57,190 bases of DNA from Rhodospirillaceae bacterium. Lineage in GTDB: Bacteria; Pseudomonadota; Gammaproteobacteria; Burkholderiales; SG8-41. A program made the position numbers and the translations under genes. A model generated the notes under the pieces. That model was not told the origin of the DNA. It saw nothing but the letters and a program-made list of their open reading frames with translations, and did not search any database. The first letter of the stretch is position 1, and each line of letters starts with the position of its first letter. Location: NCBI GenBank assembly GCA_050260255.1, contig JBLNBW010000298.1, forward strand, positions 1-57,190. Direction: 5' to 3'. Positions 18,838-28,294 of this stretch are shown in pieces.

Positions 18838-19902
18838 CTAGTCGCTGCCGCCTTCTACGGTGTGGCGCTGCGCGCGCCACCGCAGCATGCCGCCCGGCAG
18901 GTTCGCCACCTTATCGAATCCGGCTTTCTGCAGCAGCACCGTCGCCTGCGCGGAACGCGCACCCGAGCGGCACACGGCGACGATAGGCCTGTCCTTCGAC
19001 AGCCTGTCGCAGGAAGCGCGCAGCGAGCCGAGCGGCATCAGCATCGCACCCGGAATGCGGCCGAGCGGTCCTTCGAATTCGCCCGGCTCGCGCACGTCGA
19101 CGATCTGCACGTCCGTGAGATGCTCTTCGACCCATTGCGGCAGCACTTCCACGATGCCCGCAAACGTGTACGTGAGCGGCGCCCAATCTTTCACGACGGG
19201 CGCCTCGCCCTTGGGACGGCCGCATTGCAGATTCGCCGGCACGGCGATGTCCATCTGCTTCGGATGCGGAAGCCCGAGATGCTTCATGTAGCCGACGAAG
19301 TCGTCCTTCAGTACGTGCCGGTTGAGCCGCGGATTGAAGCGCTTCTCTTCGCCCACGCTCGTCACCGTAAGGCCGCGATAATCGTGAGCCGGATAGATGA
19401 GACACGCGTCGGGCAGCGAGAAGATCTGCTCGTTCACCGATTCGTATAGAGCGTCGGCGCTGCCCTCCTGGAAGTCGGTCCGGCCGCACCCCCTGATCAA
19501 CAAGGCATCGCCGGTGAATGCCATGCCGCGATCGTCGAGCACGTACGTCATGCAGCCGTTGGTATGGCCGGGTGTCGCTCGCGCTTCCAGCCAGCGCTCG
19601 CCGAATGCGATCCGGTCGGCGGGGTCGAGCACGCGGTCGGCACCCTGCGCGCCGCTTGCGCGCGAGATCCCGATGCGGCTGCCCCACCGCTCGCGCAGCA
19701 CGGACGCTGCCGTGACGTGATCGGCATGCACGTGCGTTTCCAGCGTCCAGACGAGGGTGAGGCCGAGCTCCTCGAGCAGCGCGGAGTCGCGCCGCGCCTG
19801 CTCGAAGACCGGATCGATGAGCACCGCGGTGGTCGACCGCTCGTCGGCAAGGAGATAGGTGTAGGTCGAAGACTGCGGATCGAACAATTGTCGGAAGAGC
19901 AT
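18838..19902 (-). CDS. persulfide (sulfur) dioxygenase ETHE1-like MBL-fold domain fused to a rhodanese domain
   Basis: Start at MLFRQLFDPQSSTYTYLLAD, with GGAGG 5 nt upstream. The metal motif is ETHVHADH...PGHT. The C-terminal rhodanese domain has the active-site loop IVAVCRSGARS. Confidence 0.85.
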   Translation of the reverse strand: MLFRQLFDPQSSTYTYLLADERSTTAVLIDPVFEQARRDSALLEELGLTLVWTLETHVHADHVTAASVLRERWGSRIGISRASGAQGADRVLDPADRIAFGERWLEARATPGHTNGCMTYVLDDRGMAFTGDALLIRGCGRTDFQEGSADALYESVNEQIFSLPDACLIYPAHDYRGLTVTSVGEEKRFNPRLNRHVLKDDFVGYMKHLGLPHPKQMDIAVPANLQCGRPKGEAPVVKDWAPLTYTFAGIVEVLPQWVEEHLTDVQIVDVREPGEFEGPLGRIPGAMLMPLGSLRASCDRLSKDRPIVAVCRSGARSAQATVLLQKAGFDKVANLPGGMLRWRAQRHTVEGGSD

Positions 19903-20035
19903 GGGCGCCTCCATGCGTTTACCGGAACCATATTAAAGCGTGAAGCGCGCCGTGACGAGCGCCGCGACGGGGTTACGCGACGGTACGCAATTCTGTAACC
20001 TCGCTGCAGGAGACCACTCGAGGAGGAGCCGTACC

Positions 20036-21772
20036 ATGCAGGGCATGAAGAGCGAAGTCCGGGACGGGATGCAAATCGAATGGGACGCGCCGATCGCGAT
20101 GGAGGACGGCATCGTCCTGCGAGCGGACGTGTTCCGGCCCGCCGCGCCCGGCCGGTATCCCGTAATCATCAGCTACGGTCCGTACGCGAAGGGCCTCGAT
20201 TTCCGCGAAGGCTACAAGAGCCAGTGGGCTCGGCTGGAGAAAGCCGCGCCCGAGGCTATGCAAGGCACGAGCAACAAGTATCAGAACTGGGAGCTCGTCG
20301 ATCCGGAGAAGTGGGTCCCCGACGGCTACGTGTGCGTGCGCGTCGACTCGCGCGGCGCCGGACGCTCGCCCGGCGTCATCGACTGCTGGTCGGCGCGCGA
20401 GAGTCAGGACTTCTACCAGTGTATCGAGTGGGCCGGGACGCAGCCGTGGAGCAACGGCAAGGTCGGCGTCAACGGCATCTCGTACTACGCCATGAATCAA
20501 TGGACGGTCGGTGCGCTGCGACCGCCGCATCTTGCCGCGCTGTGCGTATGGGAAGGCGCCTCGGATTATTATCGCGAGCTCGCCCGCCACGGCGGCATAC
20601 TGTGCGATTTCCTGAACAGCTGGTACAACCGCCAGGTCGTCAGCGTGCAGCACGGTGTGGGCGATCGCGGCGCACGCAATCCGGTCACGGGAGACACGAT
20701 CGCCGGACCGGAGACGCTGAGCGACGACGCGCTCAGGAAGAACCGCGTCGATCTCGACGGCGAAGCACGGCGTCGTCCCCTCATCGACGACTACTACCTC
20801 GCGCGCATGCCGGATTTCTCGCGGATCGAGGTGCCGCTGCTCTCGGCCGGCAACTGGGGCGGCATGGGGCTGCATCCGCGCGGCAACTTCGAAGGTTACA
20901 TGCGGGCCGGATCCAAGCAAAAGTGGCTGGAAGTGCACGGCGACACGCACTTCACGCACTTCTACAGCAACTACGGTGTGGCGCTGCAAAAGAAGTTTTT
21001 CGGTCATTTCCTCAAGGGCGAGGACACCGGCTGGGACAAGCAGCCCAGGGTGTCGCTCAACATCCGTCACCCGGGTGAGAAATTCGAGCTGCGCGCCGAG
21101 AACGAATGGCCGCTCGCCCGCACGCAGTGGACCAAGTACTACCTGAATCCTGTGAATCGCGAGTTCACGACCCGGGTGCCTGACGCGCGCACGACGCTGA
21201 CGTACGAGACCACCGGCGACGGCCTGACGTTCTTGACGCCGCCGATCGAGCGCGAGCTCGAAATCACGGGACCGGTCGCGGCGAAGCTGTGGCTCGCCTC
21301 CGATACGACCGATGCCGACGTGTTCGTGGTGCTGCGCGTGTTCGACCCGCACGGCAAAGAAGTCACCTTCATCGGCGCGAACGATCCGCGCACGCCGATC
21401 GCGCTGGGCTGGCTGCGCGCCTCGCAGCGCAAGATCGATCCGCAGTTGAGCGCGCCCTATCGTCCCTGGCACCCGCACGACGAGTCGTGGCCGCTCGAGC
21501 CCGGCGTCCCGGTGGAGCTGGACGTCGAAGTATGGCCGACATCGATCGTGGTGCCGGTCGGCTATCGCCTCGGCTTCACCGTGCGCGGCAGGGACTACGA
21601 ATATGACGGCACCGACGCCGGCGTCGCTCACGCGCCGTATCCGATGAAAGGCGTGGGACCCTTTACGCACACCGATCCGGTGGACAGGCCCGCGGCCATA
21701 TTCGGCGGCAGGAACACGCTGCATTTCGCACCGGGGAAGATGCCGTACGTGCTCCTGCCGATCATTCCCTAG
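20036..21772 (+). CDS. CocE/NonD-family (X-Pro dipeptidyl-peptidase S15-like) hydrolase
   Basis: AGGAGG lies upstream. DGIVLRADVFRP...YPVIISYGPY...VRVDSRGAGRSPG...NGISYYA (nucleophile Ser context) is followed by a long C-terminal beta domain. Confidence 0.85.
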   Translation: MQGMKSEVRDGMQIEWDAPIAMEDGIVLRADVFRPAAPGRYPVIISYGPYAKGLDFREGYKSQWARLEKAAPEAMQGTSNKYQNWELVDPEKWVPDGYVCVRVDSRGAGRSPGVIDCWSARESQDFYQCIEWAGTQPWSNGKVGVNGISYYAMNQWTVGALRPPHLAALCVWEGASDYYRELARHGGILCDFLNSWYNRQVVSVQHGVGDRGARNPVTGDTIAGPETLSDDALRKNRVDLDGEARRRPLIDDYYLARMPDFSRIEVPLLSAGNWGGMGLHPRGNFEGYMRAGSKQKWLEVHGDTHFTHFYSNYGVALQKKFFGHFLKGEDTGWDKQPRVSLNIRHPGEKFELRAENEWPLARTQWTKYYLNPVNREFTTRVPDARTTLTYETTGDGLTFLTPPIERELEITGPVAAKLWLASDTTDADVFVVLRVFDPHGKEVTFIGANDPRTPIALGWLRASQRKIDPQLSAPYRPWHPHDESWPLEPGVPVELDVEVWPTSIVVPVGYRLGFTVRGRDYEYDGTDAGVAHAPYPMKGVGPFTHTDPVDRPAAIFGGRNTLHFAPGKMPYVLLPIIP

Positions 21773-21975
21773 AAAGGCCTCGGACTTGCAGACGCCACGT
21801 ATGACGAACCGGCAATGGGGTGACGCCAGCGACGCGCTTACGCCTGTTCGTGTCGCGCCGAGACAGGACCCGTCTCACTCGGAACGGCGTTGAACCGGCG
21901 GTCGCGGGGAAAGGTCGAATAAGAGTTGTTTTCCCGACCGTCGAACCCCGCTGTCCTGAACGAGAGGAGACTGTT

Positions 21976-22491
21976 ATGTGGAGGCGCAGGATATACGTGA
22001 TATGTCCGGATCTGCAGTCGGCGCAACAAACCATGAACGATCTGCTGCTCGCGCGTATCGGCGAGCGGCACATCCATGTTCTCGCCCGGCGTGGCGCGTC
22101 TATGGAGGGCCTGCACGAGGCCAACGTTCTGCAAAAGACCGACCTTGTGCACGGCGCGGGGCTGGGCCTGCTCATCGGCGGCGCGGCGGGCATCATCCTC
22201 GGCGTGTTTCTCGTCCTTCAACCCCCTGAAGGCGTCACGTTGCGGTTCGTCACCGTGCTGCTCACGGCGTTGGGCGGCGCGTTCTTCGGGACGTGGGTGT
22301 CGAGCATGGTGGGTGCGGGCGTGCCGAATACGAAGCTCCTCGCCTTCGCCAAAGATATCGAAGAAGGCCGATACCTGATGATGGTCGACGTTCCTGCCCG
22401 GCGCATCGGCGAAATCCAGTCGTTGCTGGCACAGCGCCATCCGGAGGACAGGGACGCCGGCATAGAACCTACGATGCCCGCGTTTCCCTGA
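21976..22491 (+). CDS. glycine-zipper membrane protein, general-stress/DUF1269-like
   Basis: GAGAGGAG lies upstream. It has a soluble N-domain, then GAGLGLLIGGAAGIILGVF and LTALGGAFFGTWVSSMVGAG segments, then a C-terminal LAFAKDIEEGRYLMMVDV module. Confidence 0.6.
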   Translation: MWRRRIYVICPDLQSAQQTMNDLLLARIGERHIHVLARRGASMEGLHEANVLQKTDLVHGAGLGLLIGGAAGIILGVFLVLQPPEGVTLRFVTVLLTALGGAFFGTWVSSMVGAGVPNTKLLAFAKDIEEGRYLMMVDVPARRIGEIQSLLAQRHPEDRDAGIEPTMPAFP

Positions 22492-22553
22492 TTCTCCAAT
22501 CCGTCCTGCCGGCGGCGCGCTCGTCGGTCAGGCAGGACCCGTATGGAGGCGTG

Positions 22554-23096
22554 ATGATGACTCCATCATCCGGCGGCAGGCGCCGCATGGTCACGGCGTT
22601 GTTCGGCGATGGCGAAAGTGCCGAGCGCGCATACGAAATCTGCAAGGAGCACGGCTACGACGTCGGCGAGGTGAACGTCGTCATGGCGGAGGAGACGCGT
22701 AAGAGACTTTTCTCCGGCAAGTCCGAGGCCGCGGCTGAATTAACGAGCAAGAAAGCGGAGGGCGGCGAGCTGGGAGGTCCCACCGGCGGGCGCATCGGAA
22801 TCCTCGTGACCATCTTCGCCGCGGTAGGGGCCGCAGTGACGGTCCCCGCTCTCGGGTTTGTCGTGGCCGGGCCTCTCGCCGTGGCGCTGGCCGGCGCCGG
22901 CGCCGCCGGGCTTGCCGCCGGTCTCATCGGAACGCTCGGCGACTGGGGCATCCCGGAGGAACGCGTGCGCCGTTACGAAGCCGGTATTCGCGACGGCGGC
23001 GTCCTCATGATGGTGGAAGCGCGCTCCGACGAGGATGTCCGCCAGATCGAGCAGGAGTGGAACGCCATCGGCGCCCGCGAGGTTTATTGCTGCTGA
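22554..23096 (+). CDS. glycine-zipper membrane protein, paralogous architecture to the previous gene
   Basis: GGAGG lies upstream. N-domain is ALFGDGESAERAYEICKEHGYD. A Gly/Ala-rich hydrophobic core follows. The C-terminal module is IPEERVRRYEAGIRDGGVLMMVEA, and the protein ends in CC. Confidence 0.6.
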   Translation: MMTPSSGGRRRMVTALFGDGESAERAYEICKEHGYDVGEVNVVMAEETRKRLFSGKSEAAAELTSKKAEGGELGGPTGGRIGILVTIFAAVGAAVTVPALGFVVAGPLAVALAGAGAAGLAAGLIGTLGDWGIPEERVRRYEAGIRDGGVLMMVEARSDEDVRQIEQEWNAIGAREVYCC

Positions 23097-23108
23097 CGGA
23101 CGCCGGCT

Positions 23109-23555
23109 TTACTGGTGCTGCACCGATGGCGGCGGCGCGGGTGTTGCGCCGAAGAACACGCCGCGCGTCAGGAACGTGTAATCGGCTTCCAGCGCTCCGA
23201 TGGCGAGAAGCACGAGGAGCAGCAGCGGCGGCACGACGATGGCGTAGACCAGCGCCAGCCGCTCCCATAGCATGTGCATGAAGACCGCGACGATAAGCCC
23301 CGCCTTCAGCAGCATGAACGTGACGATCAGAAACCACCGCAGCAGACCCTGCACGTGGAAATAATCCACGAGGTACGAGGCGATGCTCAGCACGAACAGC
23401 AAGCCCCAGATCTTGAAATAAATACCGAGCGGATGCTGCTGGCCCTGCGCATGCGACGCAGCCTCGCGTTGCGCATGGTCGACCGACCGCCCGGCTCCGT
23501 GGGCCAGATGCTCGGCGTCGGCATGTTCCAGGTGCTGTCGTTCCACAGGCGTCAT
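23109..23555 (-). CDS. cytochrome c oxidase subunit IV-like small membrane protein
   Basis: Only the last 148 aa of ORF 23109..24176 look real: MTPVERQHLEH...GIYFKIWGLLFVLSIASYLVDY...FLIVTFMLLKAGLIVAVFMHM. Three TM segments lie immediately downstream of subunit III. Confidence 0.6.
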   Translation of the reverse strand: MTPVERQHLEHADAEHLAHGAGRSVDHAQREAASHAQGQQHPLGIYFKIWGLLFVLSIASYLVDYFHVQGLLRWFLIVTFMLLKAGLIVAVFMHMLWERLALVYAIVVPPLLLLVLLAIGALEADYTFLTRGVFFGATPAPPPSVQHQ

Positions 23556-23563
23556 GATGGGGC

Positions 23564-24286
23564 CTACCAGAGATAGAAGAACGCGAAGATGAAGACCCAC
23601 ACGAGGTCGACGAAGTGCCAGTACAGACCCATGATTTCGACGATCTCGTAGTTGCCTCGCCGCCCCGTGAGGAAACCGGGCCGCTCGTGGTCCAGGTCCC
23701 CGCGCCAGACCTTCATCGCCACGATGATCAGAAAGATCACGCCTATCGTCACGTGCGTGCCGTGAAAACCCGTAATCATGAAGAAGGACGAGCCGAACTG
23801 CGCGGCTCCCCAGGGATTCGCCCACGGCCGGACGCCTTCGAGGATGAGCTTGGTCCATTCGAACGCCTGCATGCCGACGAACGTGGCGCCGAGCGCCGCG
23901 GTAGCGAGCAGCAGAACGCACGTCCTCCTGCGGTCTTTGCGGTAGCCGTAATTCACCGCAAGCGCCATGGTGCCGCTGCTGCTGATCAGCACGAAGGTCA
24001 TGATGGCGATCAGCAGCAGGGGAACGCTCTGCCCGAACAGAGTCAGCGAGAAGACCTCGCTGGGATTGGGCCAGGGCACGGTGGTGGATCCTCGCACGGT
24101 CATGTACGAGATCAGGAAGCTGCCGAAGATGAACGTGTCGCTCACGAGGAAGATCCACATCATCGGCTTGCCCCACGGCACGTCCTTGAACAACCGTTGA
24201 TCCGAGGAGGCGTCGGCGATGATGCTCTGCAGGCCTTCCGCCCGCGGCGGCGAACCTGCTGTACCGGTCATGTCATGTGGCGCCAT
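23564..24286 (-). CDS. heme-copper oxidase subunit III
   Basis: 240 aa. FMITGFHGTHVTIGVIFLIIV...MGLYWHFVDLVWVFIFAFFYLW is the classic subunit III C-terminus. Confidence 0.85.
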   Translation of the reverse strand: MAPHDMTGTAGSPPRAEGLQSIIADASSDQRLFKDVPWGKPMMWIFLVSDTFIFGSFLISYMTVRGSTTVPWPNPSEVFSLTLFGQSVPLLLIAIMTFVLISSSGTMALAVNYGYRKDRRRTCVLLLATAALGATFVGMQAFEWTKLILEGVRPWANPWGAAQFGSSFFMITGFHGTHVTIGVIFLIIVAMKVWRGDLDHERPGFLTGRRGNYEIVEIMGLYWHFVDLVWVFIFAFFYLW

Positions 24287-24302
24287 GGATGCGGGAACCT
24301 CT

Positions 24303-24965
24303 TTACGTTGACATCAGCAGAGCGAACAGAACCAGCCAGACGAGCAGCAGGAAGTGCCCGTAGATCGCGCACAGCTCGATGCCGAGGCGTACCGTCGCGA
24401 GTTCCACGCCGCGCGACACCTTCGCCGTGGTTCGCGCCCAGGCCACCAGCCCGCCCAGCAGATGCACGCCATGGACCGCGGTCAGCAGATAAAAGAACGC
24501 GTTGGCCGGATTCGAGTTGAGGAACGCCCCGGCATCGTTCAACTGCTTCCAGACCAGAAGCTGACCGGCGAGGAAAGCCACGGTGAGGACTCCTCCGGCC
24601 ACCAGGGCGCGCCTCACCCCCTCGACGTCCGCGCGACGTGCGGCGACGACCGTCCACTGCATCACCCCGCTGGTTACGATCAGCAGGCCTGTATTCCACG
24701 TGAGCAGGGTGGGCTTACGCAGCGGGGTCCAATCGCCGAAGTGCATACGCATCGCGTATGCGCTGATGAACAGCGCGAAAACCGACGTCACGACGGCAAG
24801 AAAGACCCACAAGGCGGTTTTCGCCGGCGGCCGTGACAGCACGGCGCCGTGCACGTCCCGCGACGACGCCTGTGCCACCCAGGGCTGCACGTTGACGCTC
24901 TGCCGGAACAGCCACCACAGGATGGCTGCCATGAGGCAGGCGAGGAAAACCAGGGTGATCGTCAT
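24303..24965 (-). CDS. second heme-copper oxidase subunit III-like protein
   Basis: 220 aa. FFYLLTAVHGVHLLGGLVAW...AIYGHFLLLVWLVLFALL is subunit III family but shorter and divergent. Confidence 0.8.
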   Translation of the reverse strand: MTITLVFLACLMAAILWWLFRQSVNVQPWVAQASSRDVHGAVLSRPPAKTALWVFLAVVTSVFALFISAYAMRMHFGDWTPLRKPTLLTWNTGLLIVTSGVMQWTVVAARRADVEGVRRALVAGGVLTVAFLAGQLLVWKQLNDAGAFLNSNPANAFFYLLTAVHGVHLLGGLVAWARTTAKVSRGVELATVRLGIELCAIYGHFLLLVWLVLFALLMST

Positions 24966-24983
24966 GTCGCCACCTCGAATGCC

Positions 24984-26765
24984 CTATGACTTGACCCACG
25001 CGCCGGCCGCGACCTCGCCGGGCGGCACATTCTGCGGGATGAAATCGTGCTTCACGCCCGGGACGCCGTAGTCGTACGCCCAGCGATAGACCGCCGGAAG
25101 CGTCTTGCCGAAATTGCCATGCTTGGGCGGCGTATCCGGCGTCTGCCATTCCAGCGTCGTGGCGTGCCAGGGGTTGCCGCCTGCGGGCCTGCCCCGGAAA
25201 TAGCTCGACACGAGGTTGTAGAAGAACACGATCTGGGCGAAGCCCACGATGAGCGCCGCGAGCGTGATCGCGACATTGAGCGAATGCGCCGAATCGGGGA
25301 TGAAGTTGGTGCCGCCGATGGCGTAATAGCGGCGCGGAACGCCCATGAACCCGAGATAGTGCATCGGGTAATAGATGGCGTAGCTGCCCACGAACGTGAC
25401 CCAGAAGTGGAACTTGCCGAGCGTGTCGTTCAGCATGCGCCCGGTGATTTTCGGGTACCAGTGATAAATCGCGCCGAACACGACGAGGATGGGGGCGATC
25501 GCCATGACCATGTGGAAATGCGCGACGACGAACATCGTATCGGACAGCGGCAAATCCACGACGACGTTGCCGAGGAAGAGGCCCGTCAGCCCTCCGTTGA
25601 CGAACGTGAAAATGAATCCGATCGCGAACAGCATCGGCACCGTGAGGTGGATGTTGCCCCGCCACAGCGTGAGGATCCAGTTGTAGACCTTGATCGCCGT
25701 CGGAATGGCGATGATCAGCGTCGTCGTCGCGAAGAAGAACCCGAAATACGGGTTCATGCCGCTCACGTACATGTGGTGCGCCCAGACGATGAAGCTCAAG
25801 CCGCCGATCACGAGAATCGCCCACACCATCATGCGATAGCCGAAGATGTTCTTTCTCGCATGCGTGCTGATCAAGTCCGAGACGATGCCGAACGCGGGCA
25901 GCGCGACGATGTACACCTCGGGGTGTCCGAAAAACCAGAACAGATGCTGGAACAGGATCGGGCTGCCGCCGCTGTAGCCCGTGGCCTGGCCCTTGGAGAC
26001 GAGCGCCGGCATGAAAAAGCTCGTGCCGAGCGTCAAATCGAGCAGCATCATGATGGCGCTCACGAACAGCGCCGGAAACGCAAGCAGCGCGAGTATCGTC
26101 GCCATGAAGATGCCCCAGACGGTGAGCGGCAGACGCATCATCGTCATGCCGCGTGTGCGCGCCTGCAGCACGGTGACGACGTAGTTCAAGCCGCCCATCG
26201 TGAAGCCGATGATGAAGAACGCGAGCGAAACGAGCATCAGGATAATGCCCCCGTTCGCCCCCGGCGTGCCGTCGAGGATCACCTGCGGGGGGTAGAGCGT
26301 CCACCCGGCGCCCGTCGGCCCGCCCGGCACGAAGAAGCTCGCGGCGAGCAGCAGCACCGCGAACAGATAGACCCAATAGCTCAACATGTTGACGTACGGG
26401 AACACCATGTCGCGCGCGCCGACCATCAGCGGGATCAGATAATTGCCAAAGCCGCCGAGGAACAACGCCGTGAGGAGGTAGATCACCATGATCATGCCGT
26501 GCATGCTGACGGCCTGCAGGTAATTGGACGGATCGATGAACGCGAAGCGGTTCGGAAATCCGAGCTGCAGCCGCATCACCCACGACAGCACCAGCGCCAC
26601 CACCCCGATGCCGATCGCGGTGAGCGCGTACTGCACGGCGATCACTTTCGCGTCCTGGCTCCAGATGTATTTGCCGATGAACGTTTTCGGATGGTAGAGC
26701 TCGACCTCCGCAACTTCGGCGGGCGGAGCGTAATCCGTTTCGTCATGCGCAACGTAAGTCGACAT
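24984..26765 (-). CDS. heme-copper (aa3-type) cytochrome c oxidase subunit I
   Basis: 593 aa. SMHGMIMVIYL...FPYVNMLSYW...WFFGHPEVYI...VWAHHMY...VAHFHMVM are the canonical subunit I histidine-ligand blocks. Confidence 0.95.
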   Translation of the reverse strand: MSTYVAHDETDYAPPAEVAEVELYHPKTFIGKYIWSQDAKVIAVQYALTAIGIGVVALVLSWVMRLQLGFPNRFAFIDPSNYLQAVSMHGMIMVIYLLTALFLGGFGNYLIPLMVGARDMVFPYVNMLSYWVYLFAVLLLAASFFVPGGPTGAGWTLYPPQVILDGTPGANGGIILMLVSLAFFIIGFTMGGLNYVVTVLQARTRGMTMMRLPLTVWGIFMATILALLAFPALFVSAIMMLLDLTLGTSFFMPALVSKGQATGYSGGSPILFQHLFWFFGHPEVYIVALPAFGIVSDLISTHARKNIFGYRMMVWAILVIGGLSFIVWAHHMYVSGMNPYFGFFFATTTLIIAIPTAIKVYNWILTLWRGNIHLTVPMLFAIGFIFTFVNGGLTGLFLGNVVVDLPLSDTMFVVAHFHMVMAIAPILVVFGAIYHWYPKITGRMLNDTLGKFHFWVTFVGSYAIYYPMHYLGFMGVPRRYYAIGGTNFIPDSAHSLNVAITLAALIVGFAQIVFFYNLVSSYFRGRPAGGNPWHATTLEWQTPDTPPKHGNFGKTLPAVYRWAYDYGVPGVKHDFIPQNVPPGEVAAGAWVKS

Positions 26766-26809
26766 CGACCTTTCCTCCTCCGTGATGCTTCATGAGATCT
26801 CGAGTCTCA

Positions 26810-28213
26810 TCAGTGCGCCGTTTGGTTGGCCGCCTGCCTGCTGCCATCGCCCTTTTCCGCGCCAAGCGTGTTGATGTGGGCGACGAGGTCGCTGATGGTC
26901 TGGTCGTCGGTGAGCATCGCGGCCATCAGGGACATCTGCGCCCCGTACAGGTCCTGCGGATGCGCGCCGCGAATGCGATCGCGGAAGTGCTTCAGCTGGG
27001 TCACCATGTACCAGTCGCTCATGCCCTTCAACCTCGGCGCATTGGTTGCCGCGATGCCGCGCCCATCGGCGCCATGACACGCACTGCACGTTGCGAAGCG
27101 CTGCTCGCCGTTTCTGGCATTGCCTTTCACCGTGCTCGCGGCCGGCTTGTCGGGCAGCGTCCCGATATAGGCTACGACGTTGTCGATAGCGGTCTCATCC
27201 GGGAGCGTCGCTGCCATCGGCGCCATCACCTTGCCGTAGGTATCCTTTTCGTGCTTCCCGCGGGCGCCTTCCTTGAAATGCGCCAATTGCCGCTTGAGGT
27301 ACCAGCCGCCCTGTCCCGCGAGCTTGGGCGCGTTCATTGCGGGATTGCCCTCGCCCTGCGCACCGTGGCATGCGGCACAGGCGGCGTACAGCGCCTGACC
27401 GGCGGCGGGGTCCCCGGTGGGACGCGCCGCGGACTGCGCAAAGGTCGGCTGGCGACCGAGCCACGTCTGAAACTCGCGGTCATCTTCGACCACCATACGG
27501 CCGCGCATCGCAAAGTGAGCGACGCCGCAGAGCTCTTCGCACAGCAGATCGAAAGTCCCGGCGCGCGTCGGTGTGAACCACGCGTGGGTCACGAGGCCGG
27601 GGACGAGGTCCATCTTGACCCGCAGCTGTGCGATCGAGAAGTTATGCAGCACGTCCTTGGAGCGAAGCAGCAGCTTGATCGGCTTGCCGAGCGGCAGATG
27701 CAATTCGGGATTCGCGATCACGACGTCGTCGTGCCCGTGAGGGTCGTTTGGATTGAGACCGAACGGATTGGTGTCGCTGAAGTGCTTGGCGTCGACGGTA
27801 CCGAGCCTGCCGTCCTTCCCGGGAAAGCGATACATCCAGTGCCATTGCTGACCCAGCGCTTCGACTTCCGAAGCCTCCGCCGGCACGTCGACGAACTTCG
27901 CCCATACGAACAAACCCGGAGCCAGCATCGCCGCCACGCCGACCGCCGTCACTCCGAGCAGCCACCATTCCAGCTTCTTGTTTTCCGGCTCGTACGCCGC
28001 GCGCGCGTCCCGCCGGTAACGAAACCGGATGATGGCGAGAGCCATAAACAGGTTCACGGCTACGAAGACTATGCCCGTGACCCAGAAAGTAATTGCCACC
28101 GTGTCGTCGATCGTCCCCCAGTTCGACGCGATCGGCGTGAAATACCATGGACTCAGGAAGTGAAACAGCAGCGAGCCGGCGATCAGGACGATCAAGACGA
28201 TGGCGACATACAT
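26810..28213 (-). CDS. cytochrome c oxidase subunit II fused to a C-terminal diheme cytochrome c
   Basis: 467 aa. It has two N-terminal TM helices and the CuA site VLHNF...CEELCGVAHFAM. Two CxxCH motifs follow (CAACH, CSACH) in c4-like repeats. Confidence 0.9.
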   Translation of the reverse strand: MYVAIVLIVLIAGSLLFHFLSPWYFTPIASNWGTIDDTVAITFWVTGIVFVAVNLFMALAIIRFRYRRDARAAYEPENKKLEWWLLGVTAVGVAAMLAPGLFVWAKFVDVPAEASEVEALGQQWHWMYRFPGKDGRLGTVDAKHFSDTNPFGLNPNDPHGHDDVVIANPELHLPLGKPIKLLLRSKDVLHNFSIAQLRVKMDLVPGLVTHAWFTPTRAGTFDLLCEELCGVAHFAMRGRMVVEDDREFQTWLGRQPTFAQSAARPTGDPAAGQALYAACAACHGAQGEGNPAMNAPKLAGQGGWYLKRQLAHFKEGARGKHEKDTYGKVMAPMAATLPDETAIDNVVAYIGTLPDKPAASTVKGNARNGEQRFATCSACHGADGRGIAATNAPRLKGMSDWYMVTQLKHFRDRIRGAHPQDLYGAQMSLMAAMLTDDQTISDLVAHINTLGAEKGDGSRQAANQTAH

Positions 28214-28294
28214 GGCGGTAGCCCCGGTTCAATGGACGCGATGACGCGCGGCTCGTGGAAAGCGCGCGACAAGTCCGCAACAGCGCGGTTCGCG

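Noticed and set aside
19973-21724. 583-aa minus-strand ORF.
   Set aside because: It is antisense to the CocE/NonD hydrolase, which has a good RBS and family blocks.
21881-21919. ECF-sigma-like promoter (GGAAC ... TCGAA) upstream of the glycine-zipper gene pair.
   Set aside because: The spacing from GGAAC to a credible -10 element does not fit well: 16 nt leads to GTCGCG, and 19 nt from the second GAAC leads to TCGAA. Such short motifs are common in GC-rich DNA.
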